A stretch of 64,000 nt of DNA from positions 1,447-65,446 of the forward strand of contig CAZNMC010000004.1 in the NCBI GenBank assembly GCA_964574285.1, written 5' to 3'. Source of the DNA: an uncultured Sangeribacter sp. (GTDB lineage Bacteria > Bacteroidota > Bacteroidia > Bacteroidales > Muribaculaceae). Of the stretch, positions 50,590-60,050 are shown piece after piece (position 1 is the stretch's first letter; every line of letters starts with the position of its first letter). The notes under the pieces were generated by a model. The model saw only the letters and a list, made by a program, of their open reading frames with translations, was not told where the DNA came from and ran no database searches. Made by a program: the position numbers and the translations under genes.

Positions 50590-51739
50590 TTCTTCCGACG
50601 CAAAAGATTCCTGCTCTCTAATGCCAAGCTGCTCTGACAATATATTGTCAGAGCAATCAGTGGAGAATGGTGTTGAAGAGTCAGAGTTTAATGAATTAGC
50701 TGCTTACGATACATTTACGTCCGAAGATGGACGGGAACTATTCGAACATTTTCGATTTCAAGCCGAAAAAGGTCAGCAACTACTCCGGGTAGACAAATTT
50801 TTGGTTGAACGAATGCCTCGGACGTCTCGGAATCGAATCCAACAAGCTGCCGATGCGAATTGCATTCTTGTCAACGGAAAAGCCGTTAAATCTTCTTATA
50901 AAGTAAAGCCACTCGACATCGTTTCCATAGTGATGGATCGTCCGCGCTATGAGAATGAGATTATTCCGGAAGATATTCCCCTCGAAATAGTTTATGAAGA
51001 TGCCTATCTCCTGGTGGTAAACAAACCGGCCGGTCTTGTAGTGCATCCGGGACATGGGAATTATACCGGAACCTTGGTCAATGCGCTTGCGTGGCATTTT
51101 CGCGACAACCCGGATTACGATGTGGCCGATCCTCGTCTCGGATTAGTCCATCGTATCGATAAAGACACCTCAGGCCTTTTAGTAGTGGCTAAAACTCCGG
51201 AAGCCAAAACCCACCTCGGCAATCAATTCTTTCACAAGACCACAAGACGAGAATATGTCGCTCTTGCCTGGGGCGATTTCCCGGAAAAAGAGGGTACTAT
51301 TATAGGAAATATTGCTCGTAATCCTCGGAATAAATTACAAATGGCCGTTTTTCAAGATCCGGAAATCGGGAAGCACGCCGTAACACATTACTCTCTTATC
51401 GAAAGTTTCGGGTATGTTTCATTGATAAAATGCGTGCTTGAAACCGGCCGCACTCATCAGATAAGAGTGCACATGCAAAGTCAAGGCCACCCACTCTTTA
51501 ACGATGCCCGATATGGGGGTGATCATATTCTAAAAGGGAATACTTCCTCAACTTATCGGCAATTTATAGAAAATTGCTTTGTTCTCTGTCCCCGACAGGC
51601 CCTGCATGCCCGCACTTTGGGATTCGTTCATCCTCACACCGGGAAGGAAATGGACTTCGAAGCCCCAATCCCGGCCGACATGCAAGCTCTTATTGAAAAA
51701 TGGAGAACTTATACATCTGCGCGCACTTCCAAAGATTAA
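50573..51739 (+). CDS. rluD: RluA/RluD family pseudouridine synthase
   Basis: S4 domain RVDKFL, NKPAGLVVHP, HRIDKDTSG (catalytic Asp), LETGRTHQIRVH, RQALHA. Start is uncertain. Confidence 0.92.
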   Translation: MNSLNNSSDAKDSCSLMPSCSDNILSEQSVENGVEESEFNELAAYDTFTSEDGRELFEHFRFQAEKGQQLLRVDKFLVERMPRTSRNRIQQAADANCILVNGKAVKSSYKVKPLDIVSIVMDRPRYENEIIPEDIPLEIVYEDAYLLVVNKPAGLVVHPGHGNYTGTLVNALAWHFRDNPDYDVADPRLGLVHRIDKDTSGLLVVAKTPEAKTHLGNQFFHKTTRREYVALAWGDFPEKEGTIIGNIARNPRNKLQMAVFQDPEIGKHAVTHYSLIESFGYVSLIKCVLETGRTHQIRVHMQSQGHPLFNDARYGGDHILKGNTSSTYRQFIENCFVLCPRQALHARTLGFVHPHTGKEMDFEAPIPADMQALIEKWRTYTSARTSKD

Positions 51740-51868
51740 TTGGGTTTTTAACGGTTTTTAAGAACGAGCGTTCCCTCCATACGCCCAAAAATTGCTAATT
51801 TCGCATAATTTTAGGCGAGTGTCATTCCGATGCTCTGCCTATGCTTTATTCTCCAACGACAATCCGCT

Positions 51869-54800
51869 ATGAAAATTTTTCTGCGCCATCTATTATATAT
51901 ACTCCTTGCCTTTACACTTTGTGTAGGATATGCCGAACCGACCTATGCCGCATCAAAGGCCCGTTCTTCTCAAAGTTCCAAAAAGAAGTCCTCAAAATCG
52001 AAAAAGACAAAATCTTCCACCTCCAAGAAGTCTAACTCCAAATCTTCTAAATCCTCCAAATCTTCTAAAAACAAAAAAAACTCTCGGACCCGATCTAAAT
52101 CTTCTTCTAAGTATCCGCGCAAGCGTACGTATCAGCGAATAGTCAAACCGGCTCCCGCTCCGGACCCTGTTTTAAACGACTCCCTCACTCTTAGCATTGA
52201 TGAGGCTTTAAAAAAGTGGATACCAACCGACAAGAATCCCGGTGGGCTTCGTGTCAACAGTGTAGTGCCTGATTCGGCCAAAAGCACTGTTAAAGTAAGT
52301 CTCAACGAGAATTATACTTACCTCCCCGTCAATCAAGAATTCATTTCCTCCCTTCAACGAGAGATTAAACGCAACTTGCCTGATAGTCTGAAATCCTATC
52401 AGATTAGCATTAGCTCTCAGCACCATCCAATGACTTACTATATCTCTCGAATTGATAAGTTGCCGGAAAAATATCGAAAAAATATTCCTTTCGTTGTCCA
52501 ACGACAGCCATGGGTCAATCCAATAAAAGGAATGGAAGGCGACATAGTCGGACTTTGGTCGAGTCATGGCCGTTATTATAAGGGAGGGTCTTGGCAATGG
52601 CAACGACCTTTGCTTTTCAACACCCTTGAAGACATATATACGATGAGTTATATTCTTCCTTTTGTGGTCCCGATGCTGGAAAATGCCGGAGCATACGTAA
52701 TGCTTCCTCGCGAACGTGACCTCAATTCCGAAGAAGTTATAGTAGACAATGACACTAATCCGGATGGTAAGGTCTATTCGCAACCTTATTATCGGGAAAA
52801 GACCGGTAATACACAATGGGAAACCGGCGAGGAAGAAGGTTTCATCTATGATCTGCCAGACTTCCGCGATACAGAAAATCCTTTTGAAAACGGCACTTAT
52901 CGACAGACAAAGACTATTCGAAGTGGCAGTCCCTCAGTCGCTGCATGGTATGCAGACATTCCACACGATGGTGAATATGCGATATATGTAAGCTATAAAT
53001 CACTCCCCAATTCTACGGAAGATGCTCTCTATACTGTCAACTATTCCGGGGGTAGCCGCGAATTTAATGTTAACCAGACAATGGGAGGTGGCACCTGGAT
53101 TTATCTTGGCACATTCCCTTTGGAGGCCGGATATAGCGACACCGAGCCCGTGGTGACTCTTACAAACATATCAAAAACTGAAGGAAAAATCCTTACAGCG
53201 GATGCTATAAAAATTGGAGGAGGAATGGGCAACATTGCCCGAAGTCCCAATCGACGCGACATTTACTATGATCCTTCCACACCTGAAAACTCTATTTCCA
53301 TAAACGAAAACGAAGAAGAAACTGAGGAGGAAATCGCAGAGGCAACCCAAGAAATTGATGACGAAGGAGATGTAGACAAGGAACAGGAAACCACTTCTAT
53401 TCCAGCTACTCCGATGAAACAATCATTGGGGCGCGCTCCTGTTTTTTCCACCTCTAAAATGCCGCGATTTGTGGAAGGGGCACGTTATTGGCTACACTGG
53501 GCCGGGGCACCGGAAAATGTTTATTCTCCCTATCACGGTACAAACGACTATAAGGACGATTACACCGGACGAGGACACTGGATAAATTGGTTGGCAGGCG
53601 GTTCGAGAGTAATTCCCGATGCAGATGGACTCAACATTCCCGTAGATGTCTGTATGGCTCTGCATTCTGATGCCGGAAAACGCTCCGATGATAGCTTTGT
53701 CGGCACTTTGGGTATCTATTTTACCAATGGCGGAGACAGATATGAAGACGGGACTCCACGCATCAACTCCAGGATGTTGACGGACTATCTGATGAGACAA
53801 ATAACCGGTGATATTCGCCAAACCTTCGAACCACGATGGACTCGACGCTCCATGTGGGATAAAAGTTACGTCGAAGCTCGTGTTCCGGAAGTCCCCACCG
53901 CACTCATCGAACTCATGAGTCATCAGAATTTTGCTGACATGAAGTATGGGCTCGATCCTTCCTTCCGATTTTGGGTGGGTCGCTCGATTTATAAAGCTTT
54001 AGGGCGATTCATGGCCGAGCGTAAAGATCGCGAGTTTGTGGTGCAACCTCTTCCGGTCTGCGATTTTGCAATACGACGCACAGCAAAAAATCACTATCGT
54101 CTTTCCTGGCATCCCACCACCGATCCTATTGAGTCTACCGCTACTCCTAAAAAATACATTATATTGGAGCGCACAGCCGACCAACTCGGCTTCCACAAAA
54201 TCGGGGAAACTCATGCGACTCACTTTGATGTAATAGTAAATGACAATGACATTCATAGCTTCCGAATTATAGCCGCCAACGATGGAGGTCTTTCATTTCC
54301 GTCTGAAACTCTTGCTCTTAGAGAAGGTACGGATCTAAAACAGACTCCTGTATTAATCGTCAATGGATTCACCCGGGTAAGCGGTCCGGCTAATTTCTCC
54401 CAAAACAACTCTGCCGGATTTAAATCCCAGGAAGACTTCGGGGTGCCTTATATAAATGATATATCCTTTGCCGGCCATCAAACTGAATTTAATCGCAATG
54501 CCGGTGACCGATTCGGAGTTTCCAACGGGAACTACACGACAAAGGTTATAGGTGGGAACACCTTCGATTATCCCTATATCCACGGCGAAGCAGTTGCTAA
54601 CGCAGGCTACGGATTTGTCAGTGCTTCGGAAGGAGCGGTAGCCCGGGGAGATGTAAAGCTGCACGATTTCAAAATAGTCGATCTAATCCTTGGCAAACAA
54701 AAAGCAACTACAGTTGGCAATGGTAAAATAGGCACTCGATTTAACACATTATCCGACCGATTGGCACAGCGTCTCAATAGTTATCTCCGAAAGGGTGGAC

Positions 54801-55183
54801 ATCTGATTGCCTCCGGTCAATATATAGCTTCCGAAGTAGAAGCAAATTATGCCAGTGAAAATTTCGGAATAGAACTTGACTCCATCTGTCCTATTTCTGC
54901 TTCAAGCATAGACTTCCGGCTTCCCGGTCTATCCCGTTACACCTCATTTTCTTCCACTCTCAATCGCGATAACTATATTGTCGAAAAGCCGGATCCATTA
55001 CTCCCCGTCGGGAATGGCAATTCAATAGTCGCGACTTTGCCTGACTCCGATATTGCCGTCGGCGTCCTCTCCCGACATGGGAAATCCAAACGCGCTATCT
55101 TCTCCGTTCCCCTCGAATCACTCACTAACCCAACAGACAGAAACGACATCTTCGCTTCCCTCCTCCGATGGCTATCGGAATAA
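51869..55183 (+). CDS. Exported N-acetylmuramoyl-L-alanine amidase (Amidase_3) with inserted golvesin/xanthan-lyase-like beta-sandwich and Fn3 domain
   Basis: Signal peptide from ATG 51869. Split Zn-amidase motifs SSHG, LEDIY, ALHSDA, LIELMSH. Insert VNQTMGGGTWIYLGTF...ADAIK. Fn3 LSWHP...FRIIAANDGG.SFPSE. Confidence 0.8.
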   Translation: MKIFLRHLLYILLAFTLCVGYAEPTYAASKARSSQSSKKKSSKSKKTKSSTSKKSNSKSSKSSKSSKNKKNSRTRSKSSSKYPRKRTYQRIVKPAPAPDPVLNDSLTLSIDEALKKWIPTDKNPGGLRVNSVVPDSAKSTVKVSLNENYTYLPVNQEFISSLQREIKRNLPDSLKSYQISISSQHHPMTYYISRIDKLPEKYRKNIPFVVQRQPWVNPIKGMEGDIVGLWSSHGRYYKGGSWQWQRPLLFNTLEDIYTMSYILPFVVPMLENAGAYVMLPRERDLNSEEVIVDNDTNPDGKVYSQPYYREKTGNTQWETGEEEGFIYDLPDFRDTENPFENGTYRQTKTIRSGSPSVAAWYADIPHDGEYAIYVSYKSLPNSTEDALYTVNYSGGSREFNVNQTMGGGTWIYLGTFPLEAGYSDTEPVVTLTNISKTEGKILTADAIKIGGGMGNIARSPNRRDIYYDPSTPENSISINENEEETEEEIAEATQEIDDEGDVDKEQETTSIPATPMKQSLGRAPVFSTSKMPRFVEGARYWLHWAGAPENVYSPYHGTNDYKDDYTGRGHWINWLAGGSRVIPDADGLNIPVDVCMALHSDAGKRSDDSFVGTLGIYFTNGGDRYEDGTPRINSRMLTDYLMRQITGDIRQTFEPRWTRRSMWDKSYVEARVPEVPTALIELMSHQNFADMKYGLDPSFRFWVGRSIYKALGRFMAERKDREFVVQPLPVCDFAIRRTAKNHYRLSWHPTTDPIESTATPKKYIILERTADQLGFHKIGETHATHFDVIVNDNDIHSFRIIAANDGGLSFPSETLALREGTDLKQTPVLIVNGFTRVSGPANFSQNNSAGFKSQEDFGVPYINDISFAGHQTEFNRNAGDRFGVSNGNYTTKVIGGNTFDYPYIHGEAVANAGYGFVSASEGAVARGDVKLHDFKIVDLILGKQKATTVGNGKIGTRFNTLSDRLAQRLNSYLRKGGHLIASGQYIASEVEANYASENFGIELDSICPISASSIDFRLPGLSRYTSFSSTLNRDNYIVEKPDPLLPVGNGNSIVATLPDSDIAVGVLSRHGKSKRAIFSVPLESLTNPTDRNDIFASLLRWLSE

Positions 55184-55232
55184 AATTCAGATTAACTATC
55201 ATTTACTCCCGTTTCCTTCTTAACCCTTACCA

Positions 55233-56621
55233 ATGGAAATCATCCGATTTAAAAACGTTAAGCAACTGTGTGATGACATCTGCCGCAACTCTCTTGACCA
55301 GTTTGTGCTTGTAAAACTTGACGACCGAGAGATTATCCCAGATGAAACTTGTTTCCATCGATTGATGGAAGCAGCCGGCGAAGTAGATGCCACTCTTACT
55401 TATTCTCATTATCGCGAGCGTCTTCCGGATGGAACTATCCTCAATCATCCAGTTTGTGATTACCAATATGGCTCTGTCCGGGATGATTTCGATTTCGGGC
55501 CAATGGTGCTTCTGAATGTTGCAGACGTTTTAGCGGCTTCCGAAGACTTCACAGATGAATACAAAATGCTCGACGGCGGATGGTATGCCCTTCGCCTACG
55601 GCTTTCTTCCACCGGGATATTTATGAATATTCCGGAATACTTATATACCACCGAACGAATCGACCATCGGAAAAGTGGGGAAAAACAACACGATTATGTC
55701 AATCCCTCCGCTCGGGAATACCAAATTCAAATGGAAGAAACTCTTTCAGATTATCTTTATGAAATCAACGCGCTGCTACCTGAAAGGCGAATATCGTATT
55801 TGAACAAATTTAACGAAGAAAATTTCCCTTGCGAAGCTTCCATCATCATTCCGGTTAGAAATCGTGTTCGCACAATCGGAGACGCCGTCAAATCAGCCTT
55901 GAGCCAAGAGGCCCCTTTCTCGTTCAATGTCATCGTAGTCGACAATGCCTCCAGCGACGGGACACGGGAATTATTGCATGAAATTACTGATTCCCGCCTT
56001 ATTTTGGTTGAACTCGACGGAAGCGAAGGTCTCGGAATCGGAGGGTGTTGGAACAGAGCAATACAGCATCCACAATGCGGGCGTTTTGCTATCCAACTTG
56101 ATTCCGACGACATTTATGCTGATGATTCGACTGTACGACGCATTGTAGAAAAATTCTACGAGTCAGGAGCCGCTATGGTGGTGGGTAGCTATGTTATTAC
56201 TGATTTCAATCTACGGCCTATTCCCCCCGGATTGATTGATCATCGTGAATGGACGGATGCAAATGGAGCTAACAATGCTTTGAGAATTAACGGGTTTGGT
56301 GCTCCAAGAGCTTTCTTTACTCCAATTGTGCGTCGCTTCCTCTTTCCAAACGTCAGCTATGGCGAAGACTATGCAATGGCTCTTCGTATTTCTCGTGATT
56401 ACATTATTGGTAGAATCTTCGAACCTCTTTATTACTGTCGGAGATGGGAAGGAAATTCTGATGCAGCTCTCTCCGTAGAACTGGTTAATGCTCACAACTC
56501 TTATAAAGACTTCCTTCGTTCCATCGAACTTTACGCTCGCATTCGGGCTAACTCTCCGGAACTAAGTGCTTTCGACGGCACTATCAATCCATCTAAAGAT
56601 TCCGACATTCTTTCTTTTTAA
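55233..56621 (+). CDS. Soluble GT2 family glycosyltransferase (degenerate GT-A plus intact GT-A)
   Basis: [25 protein letters not shown] (DxD), GEDY. N-terminal half has [10 protein letters not shown] and IPEYLY. No TM segments. Confidence 0.88.
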   Translation: MEIIRFKNVKQLCDDICRNSLDQFVLVKLDDREIIPDETCFHRLMEAAGEVDATLTYSHYRERLPDGTILNHPVCDYQYGSVRDDFDFGPMVLLNVADVLAASEDFTDEYKMLDGGWYALRLRLSSTGIFMNIPEYLYTTERIDHRKSGEKQHDYVNPSAREYQIQMEETLSDYLYEINALLPERRISYLNKFNEENFPCEASIIIPVRNRVRTIGDAVKSALSQEAPFSFNVIVVDNASSDGTRELLHEITDSRLILVELDGSEGLGIGGCWNRAIQHPQCGRFAIQLDSDDIYADDSTVRRIVEKFYESGAAMVVGSYVITDFNLRPIPPGLIDHREWTDANGANNALRINGFGAPRAFFTPIVRRFLFPNVSYGEDYAMALRISRDYIIGRIFEPLYYCRRWEGNSDAALSVELVNAHNSYKDFLRSIELYARIRANSPELSAFDGTINPSKDSDILSF

Positions 56622-56645
56622 TTTCATAAAATCCCCCCAAGGTCT

Positions 56646-57581
56646 ATGCTCACCCTTGAGTCCATCAATGATTTTTATGAGGCACAGTTTCAACAATGGC
56701 CTCAGTTGCGAGAGCGTTATGATGCACTTCTGAAAACCGAGCGCCGAATCGAATCTGTCGATGACATGGCTATAGGGTTACAATTCAATCCGGCTCGCAT
56801 AAAATCAACAGCAGCCAAAACTGATGTCTCATCTTTGGCAAAACGTCCTTGTTTCCTATGCAAAGCTAATCGACCGGAACAACAACAGTCTCTTCATCTT
56901 ATTGAGGGCTGGGATTGCTTGATAAATCCATTTCCCATTTTCCCTGTCCACTTAACCATTGCAAGTAAAGCCCATGAACCTCAGGAGGAGACACCTCTCG
57001 ACATGGTAGCTGCCGCCGATCAAGCACCGGAACTCGTATTCTTTTATAACGGTGCGCGTGCCGGGGCATCTGCACCTGATCATCTGCACTTTCAAGCCAC
57101 TCTAAAGGAAGAACTTCCTATTATTCCAATCGTTGAACAATTTCATTCAACTCAAGAATCTGGAATAATGTTATCCACACAATTCCCCATAACTCTCCCA
57201 ATGACCTTTTGGAGTCTGGTTATCCTCCCCGATCCGGAGGGTATGCAACTCCTGAGCGTGCTTCCTAAGCTTCATGGCTTCGATGCCGTCACCGGAGCCC
57301 CGGACCCTGGAATGGTTAACGTGCTCGTATGGATGGACATAAATCATAAACTCCGAATCGTGGTTTTCCCCCGTAAAAAACATCGGCCCGACCTCTATTT
57401 CTCTCCTTCGGAAGAAAATAGGCTTTTAGTTAGTCCAGGCGCTGTCGATATGTCGGGTTTAATTATTCTTCCTCGGGAAAAAGAATTCCAATCGCTTACT
57501 CCACATCAGATTTCTAAAATCTATTCGGAATGTGGTTTTTCTCACAAAGAACTACGCGAGTATAAACCATTACAAAAATGA
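56646..57581 (+). CDS. DUF4922-like HIT-superfamily nucleotidyltransferase/phosphorylase
   Basis: QFNPARI.ST.A, RPCFLC, NPFPIF..HLTI, FFYNGARAGASAPDHLHFQ (HxHxQ), SPGAVDM.G. Confidence 0.85.
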   Translation: MLTLESINDFYEAQFQQWPQLRERYDALLKTERRIESVDDMAIGLQFNPARIKSTAAKTDVSSLAKRPCFLCKANRPEQQQSLHLIEGWDCLINPFPIFPVHLTIASKAHEPQEETPLDMVAAADQAPELVFFYNGARAGASAPDHLHFQATLKEELPIIPIVEQFHSTQESGIMLSTQFPITLPMTFWSLVILPDPEGMQLLSVLPKLHGFDAVTGAPDPGMVNVLVWMDINHKLRIVVFPRKKHRPDLYFSPSEENRLLVSPGAVDMSGLIILPREKEFQSLTPHQISKIYSECGFSHKELREYKPLQK

Positions 57582-58735
57582 AGATTCGCATCGGAATCCA
57601 TACCGATGGGCTGCCCATTATACATCGATCTGATAAAAGAGTCAGGATTGAGAACGCTCTAATGGGTGTTGGGTTTCATTGGCAACAAAAATATTCGCTC
57701 TTGCTTCCGTCTGACTCGGAATTAGTCTATCACACATCTTCAAAACATTCTACTATAAATCTGGTCGTAACTATACCTCTTGAAGAGTACTTGACAAGCG
57801 TGGTTTCAAGCGAAATGAATCCGGATGCCCCTCTGGAATTTATAAAAGCTCACGCAATTATTGCTCGCTCCTGGGCCCTCAATGCTCTATTGACTCAAAA
57901 GAGGAATCCTTCTGATAAATCCCTTTCTCCGGTCGAATCCTTTTCAACCGGCTATCCTACTTTTATCCGCATTTATGACAGCGACGACCATTCGGATTTT
58001 CATATATGCAACGACGACCACTGTCAGCGTTTTCAAGGGATGGATTTCGTAACGGATAAAGCACTCCGGGCCGTTCGGGAGACAGAAGGAATAATATTGA
58101 CCGACCACCACGGAAATTTGGCCGACGCTCGCTATTCCAAATGCTGCGGAGGCTCCACAGAACTTTTTTCCACTTGCTGGCAAGAAAAAGATTTTTCCTA
58201 TCTTCAGCCCATACATGACCCTTGGTGTAATCTTTCAAATATTGAAGAGTCCACAAGAGAAAAAATTTTAAAATCTGTCCTCAAAGACTATGATCATATA
58301 ACGACTCCTGACTTTTACTCATGGGAAACCTTTGTTTCATATCAACAAATATCGGAGTCTCTTTTGTCTGAATTTAACACCGACATCGGCTATCCACTAA
58401 GTCTGCATCCTGTCGCCGTGGGTCCATCGGGACGAATATCTCTTCTTCGGATTGATGGCACAAAAGGTAGCGTGGTTGTTGGAAAAGAGCTTGCAATCCG
58501 TCGTTTACTTTCCCCCACTTGTCTGCTTTCCTCCGCTTTCACGGCCACAAAAACTCCACAAGGATTTATTCTTACCGGAAAAGGTTGGGGACATGGTGTC
58601 GGACTTTGCCAAATTGGGGCGGCTTCTATGGCTCACGCCGGTTACGATGCCACTCATATCCTCCAACATTATTATCCCGGAATAAAACTTTCATCCATCG
58701 ATGAATACCTCAAATCAAATTCCCTCCTCCCTTAA
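57578..58735 (+). CDS. SpoIID/LytB domain lytic transglycosylase
   Basis: LEEYLTSVVSSEM (catalytic Glu), KAHAIIARSW, CNDDHCQRFQG, YSKCCGG, GKGWGHGVGLCQIGA, ILQHYYPG. Confidence 0.93.
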   Translation: MKIRIGIHTDGLPIIHRSDKRVRIENALMGVGFHWQQKYSLLLPSDSELVYHTSSKHSTINLVVTIPLEEYLTSVVSSEMNPDAPLEFIKAHAIIARSWALNALLTQKRNPSDKSLSPVESFSTGYPTFIRIYDSDDHSDFHICNDDHCQRFQGMDFVTDKALRAVRETEGIILTDHHGNLADARYSKCCGGSTELFSTCWQEKDFSYLQPIHDPWCNLSNIEESTREKILKSVLKDYDHITTPDFYSWETFVSYQQISESLLSEFNTDIGYPLSLHPVAVGPSGRISLLRIDGTKGSVVVGKELAIRRLLSPTCLLSSAFTATKTPQGFILTGKGWGHGVGLCQIGAASMAHAGYDATHILQHYYPGIKLSSIDEYLKSNSLLP

Positions 58736-60050
58736 GAGAAGGACTTCTCCTTGGGCTTGGATTCCTTCTCTATACATCGCAGAGGGACTCCCCTATTTCG
58801 CAGTAAACACTCTTACGGTGTTGATGTATGTCAATCTCGGAATTTCACTTACCGAAATGGCATTTTTCACCGGTTGGCTATATCTTCCCTGGGTTATCAA
58901 ACCCTTTTGGAGTCCATTCATCGACTTATTTTCCACAAAACGCCGTTGGATAATCTCAACCGAAATTTTGCTCGCTCTTTCTATGGCAGCTATCGGTTTT
59001 TTACTTCCGACTTCATTCTTCTTCTCCGCAACATTGGTTTGCTTTTGGATAATGGCTTTTTTATCAGCCACCCACGACATTGCTGCTGACGGATTTTATA
59101 TACTCGGTCTCTCTCCTCACGACCAAGCTGCTTTTGTCGGAGTCCGATCCACATTCTATCGTATTGCCAGTGTAATCGGACAAGGAGGTCTCGTCATGCT
59201 TGCCGGACACCTTGAAAAAACACTGGATACCATTCCGCAGGCATGGAGCGCCGTCTTTCTGATTCTTTCCGCGTTCTTCTTATTCGTCTCTGTTTGGCAT
59301 CTCAGATTTTTACCTTTTCCCGCTACCGACCATGCTGCGGAAAACCGTTCTCCCTTAGATATTATCCGAGAATTCGGATTGACATTTGTATCTTTCTTTC
59401 GTAAACCGTTTATTTGGTCTGCGCTTGCCTTCATGCTGTTCTACAGGCTGCCGGAAGCTCTGTGTGTCAAATTGATTCAGCCTTTTTTAGTTGCATCCCG
59501 AGGAATGGGAGGACTGGGACTCTCCACTACTCAAGTGGGCTTCGTCAATGGCACGATCGGTGTGGTCGCTCTACTCGCAGGAGGAATTCTGGGAGGTTTA
59601 GTTATTGCACGCAATGGCCTTAAGAAGTGGCTTTGGCCAATGGCTCTTGCTTTAACGGTGCCTTGTCTTTTCTACTGTTTGCTCGCGATGACTCAACCGA
59701 CCAGCTTTGTTTGGATTTGCACCGCAATAGGTATAGAGCAATTCGGATATGGGTTCGGTTTCACATCCTTCATGCTCTATCTACTTTATTTCGCTAAAGG
59801 TCCTTCCGCAACTTCCCACTATGCGTTTTGCACCGCCTTTATGGCTTTAGGGATGATGTTGCCTGGAATGGCAGCCGGTTGGATCCATGACCGCCTCTCC
59901 TCCTTCTCTATTTTCGCAGCCGACGGACCTCAGGGATTCATAAATTTCTTTTGGGTAGTTATCCTCTGCTGTTTAGTGACTTTTATCGTCACTGGTTCAG
60001 TTCATATCGATCCCTCTTTTGGCAGAAAAACATCCCCTGCTAAAATTTAA
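58701..60050 (+). CDS. ampG: AmpG-like MFS permease
   Basis: EGLPY, LPWVIKPFWSPFID, SATHDIAADGF motifs of the AmpG/PAT family; about 12 TM segments. Confidence 0.82.
   Translation: MNTSNQIPSSLKRRTSPWAWIPSLYIAEGLPYFAVNTLTVLMYVNLGISLTEMAFFTGWLYLPWVIKPFWSPFIDLFSTKRRWIISTEILLALSMAAIGFLLPTSFFFSATLVCFWIMAFLSATHDIAADGFYILGLSPHDQAAFVGVRSTFYRIASVIGQGGLVMLAGHLEKTLDTIPQAWSAVFLILSAFFLFVSVWHLRFLPFPATDHAAENRSPLDIIREFGLTFVSFFRKPFIWSALAFMLFYRLPEALCVKLIQPFLVASRGMGGLGLSTTQVGFVNGTIGVVALLAGGILGGLVIARNGLKKWLWPMALALTVPCLFYCLLAMTQPTSFVWICTAIGIEQFGYGFGFTSFMLYLLYFAKGPSATSHYAFCTAFMALGMMLPGMAAGWIHDRLSSFSIFAADGPQGFINFFWVVILCCLVTFIVTGSVHIDPSFGRKTSPAKI

Noticed and set aside
52208-52816. 202-aa ORF antisense to the amidase gene
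   Set aside because: Nested antisense ORF with no recognisable features.
51869-55183. True xanthan lyase (PL8)
   Set aside because: No PL8 catalytic barrel is evident. Only the small accessory beta-sandwich resembles xanthan lyase, whereas the Amidase_3 metal ligands are intact.
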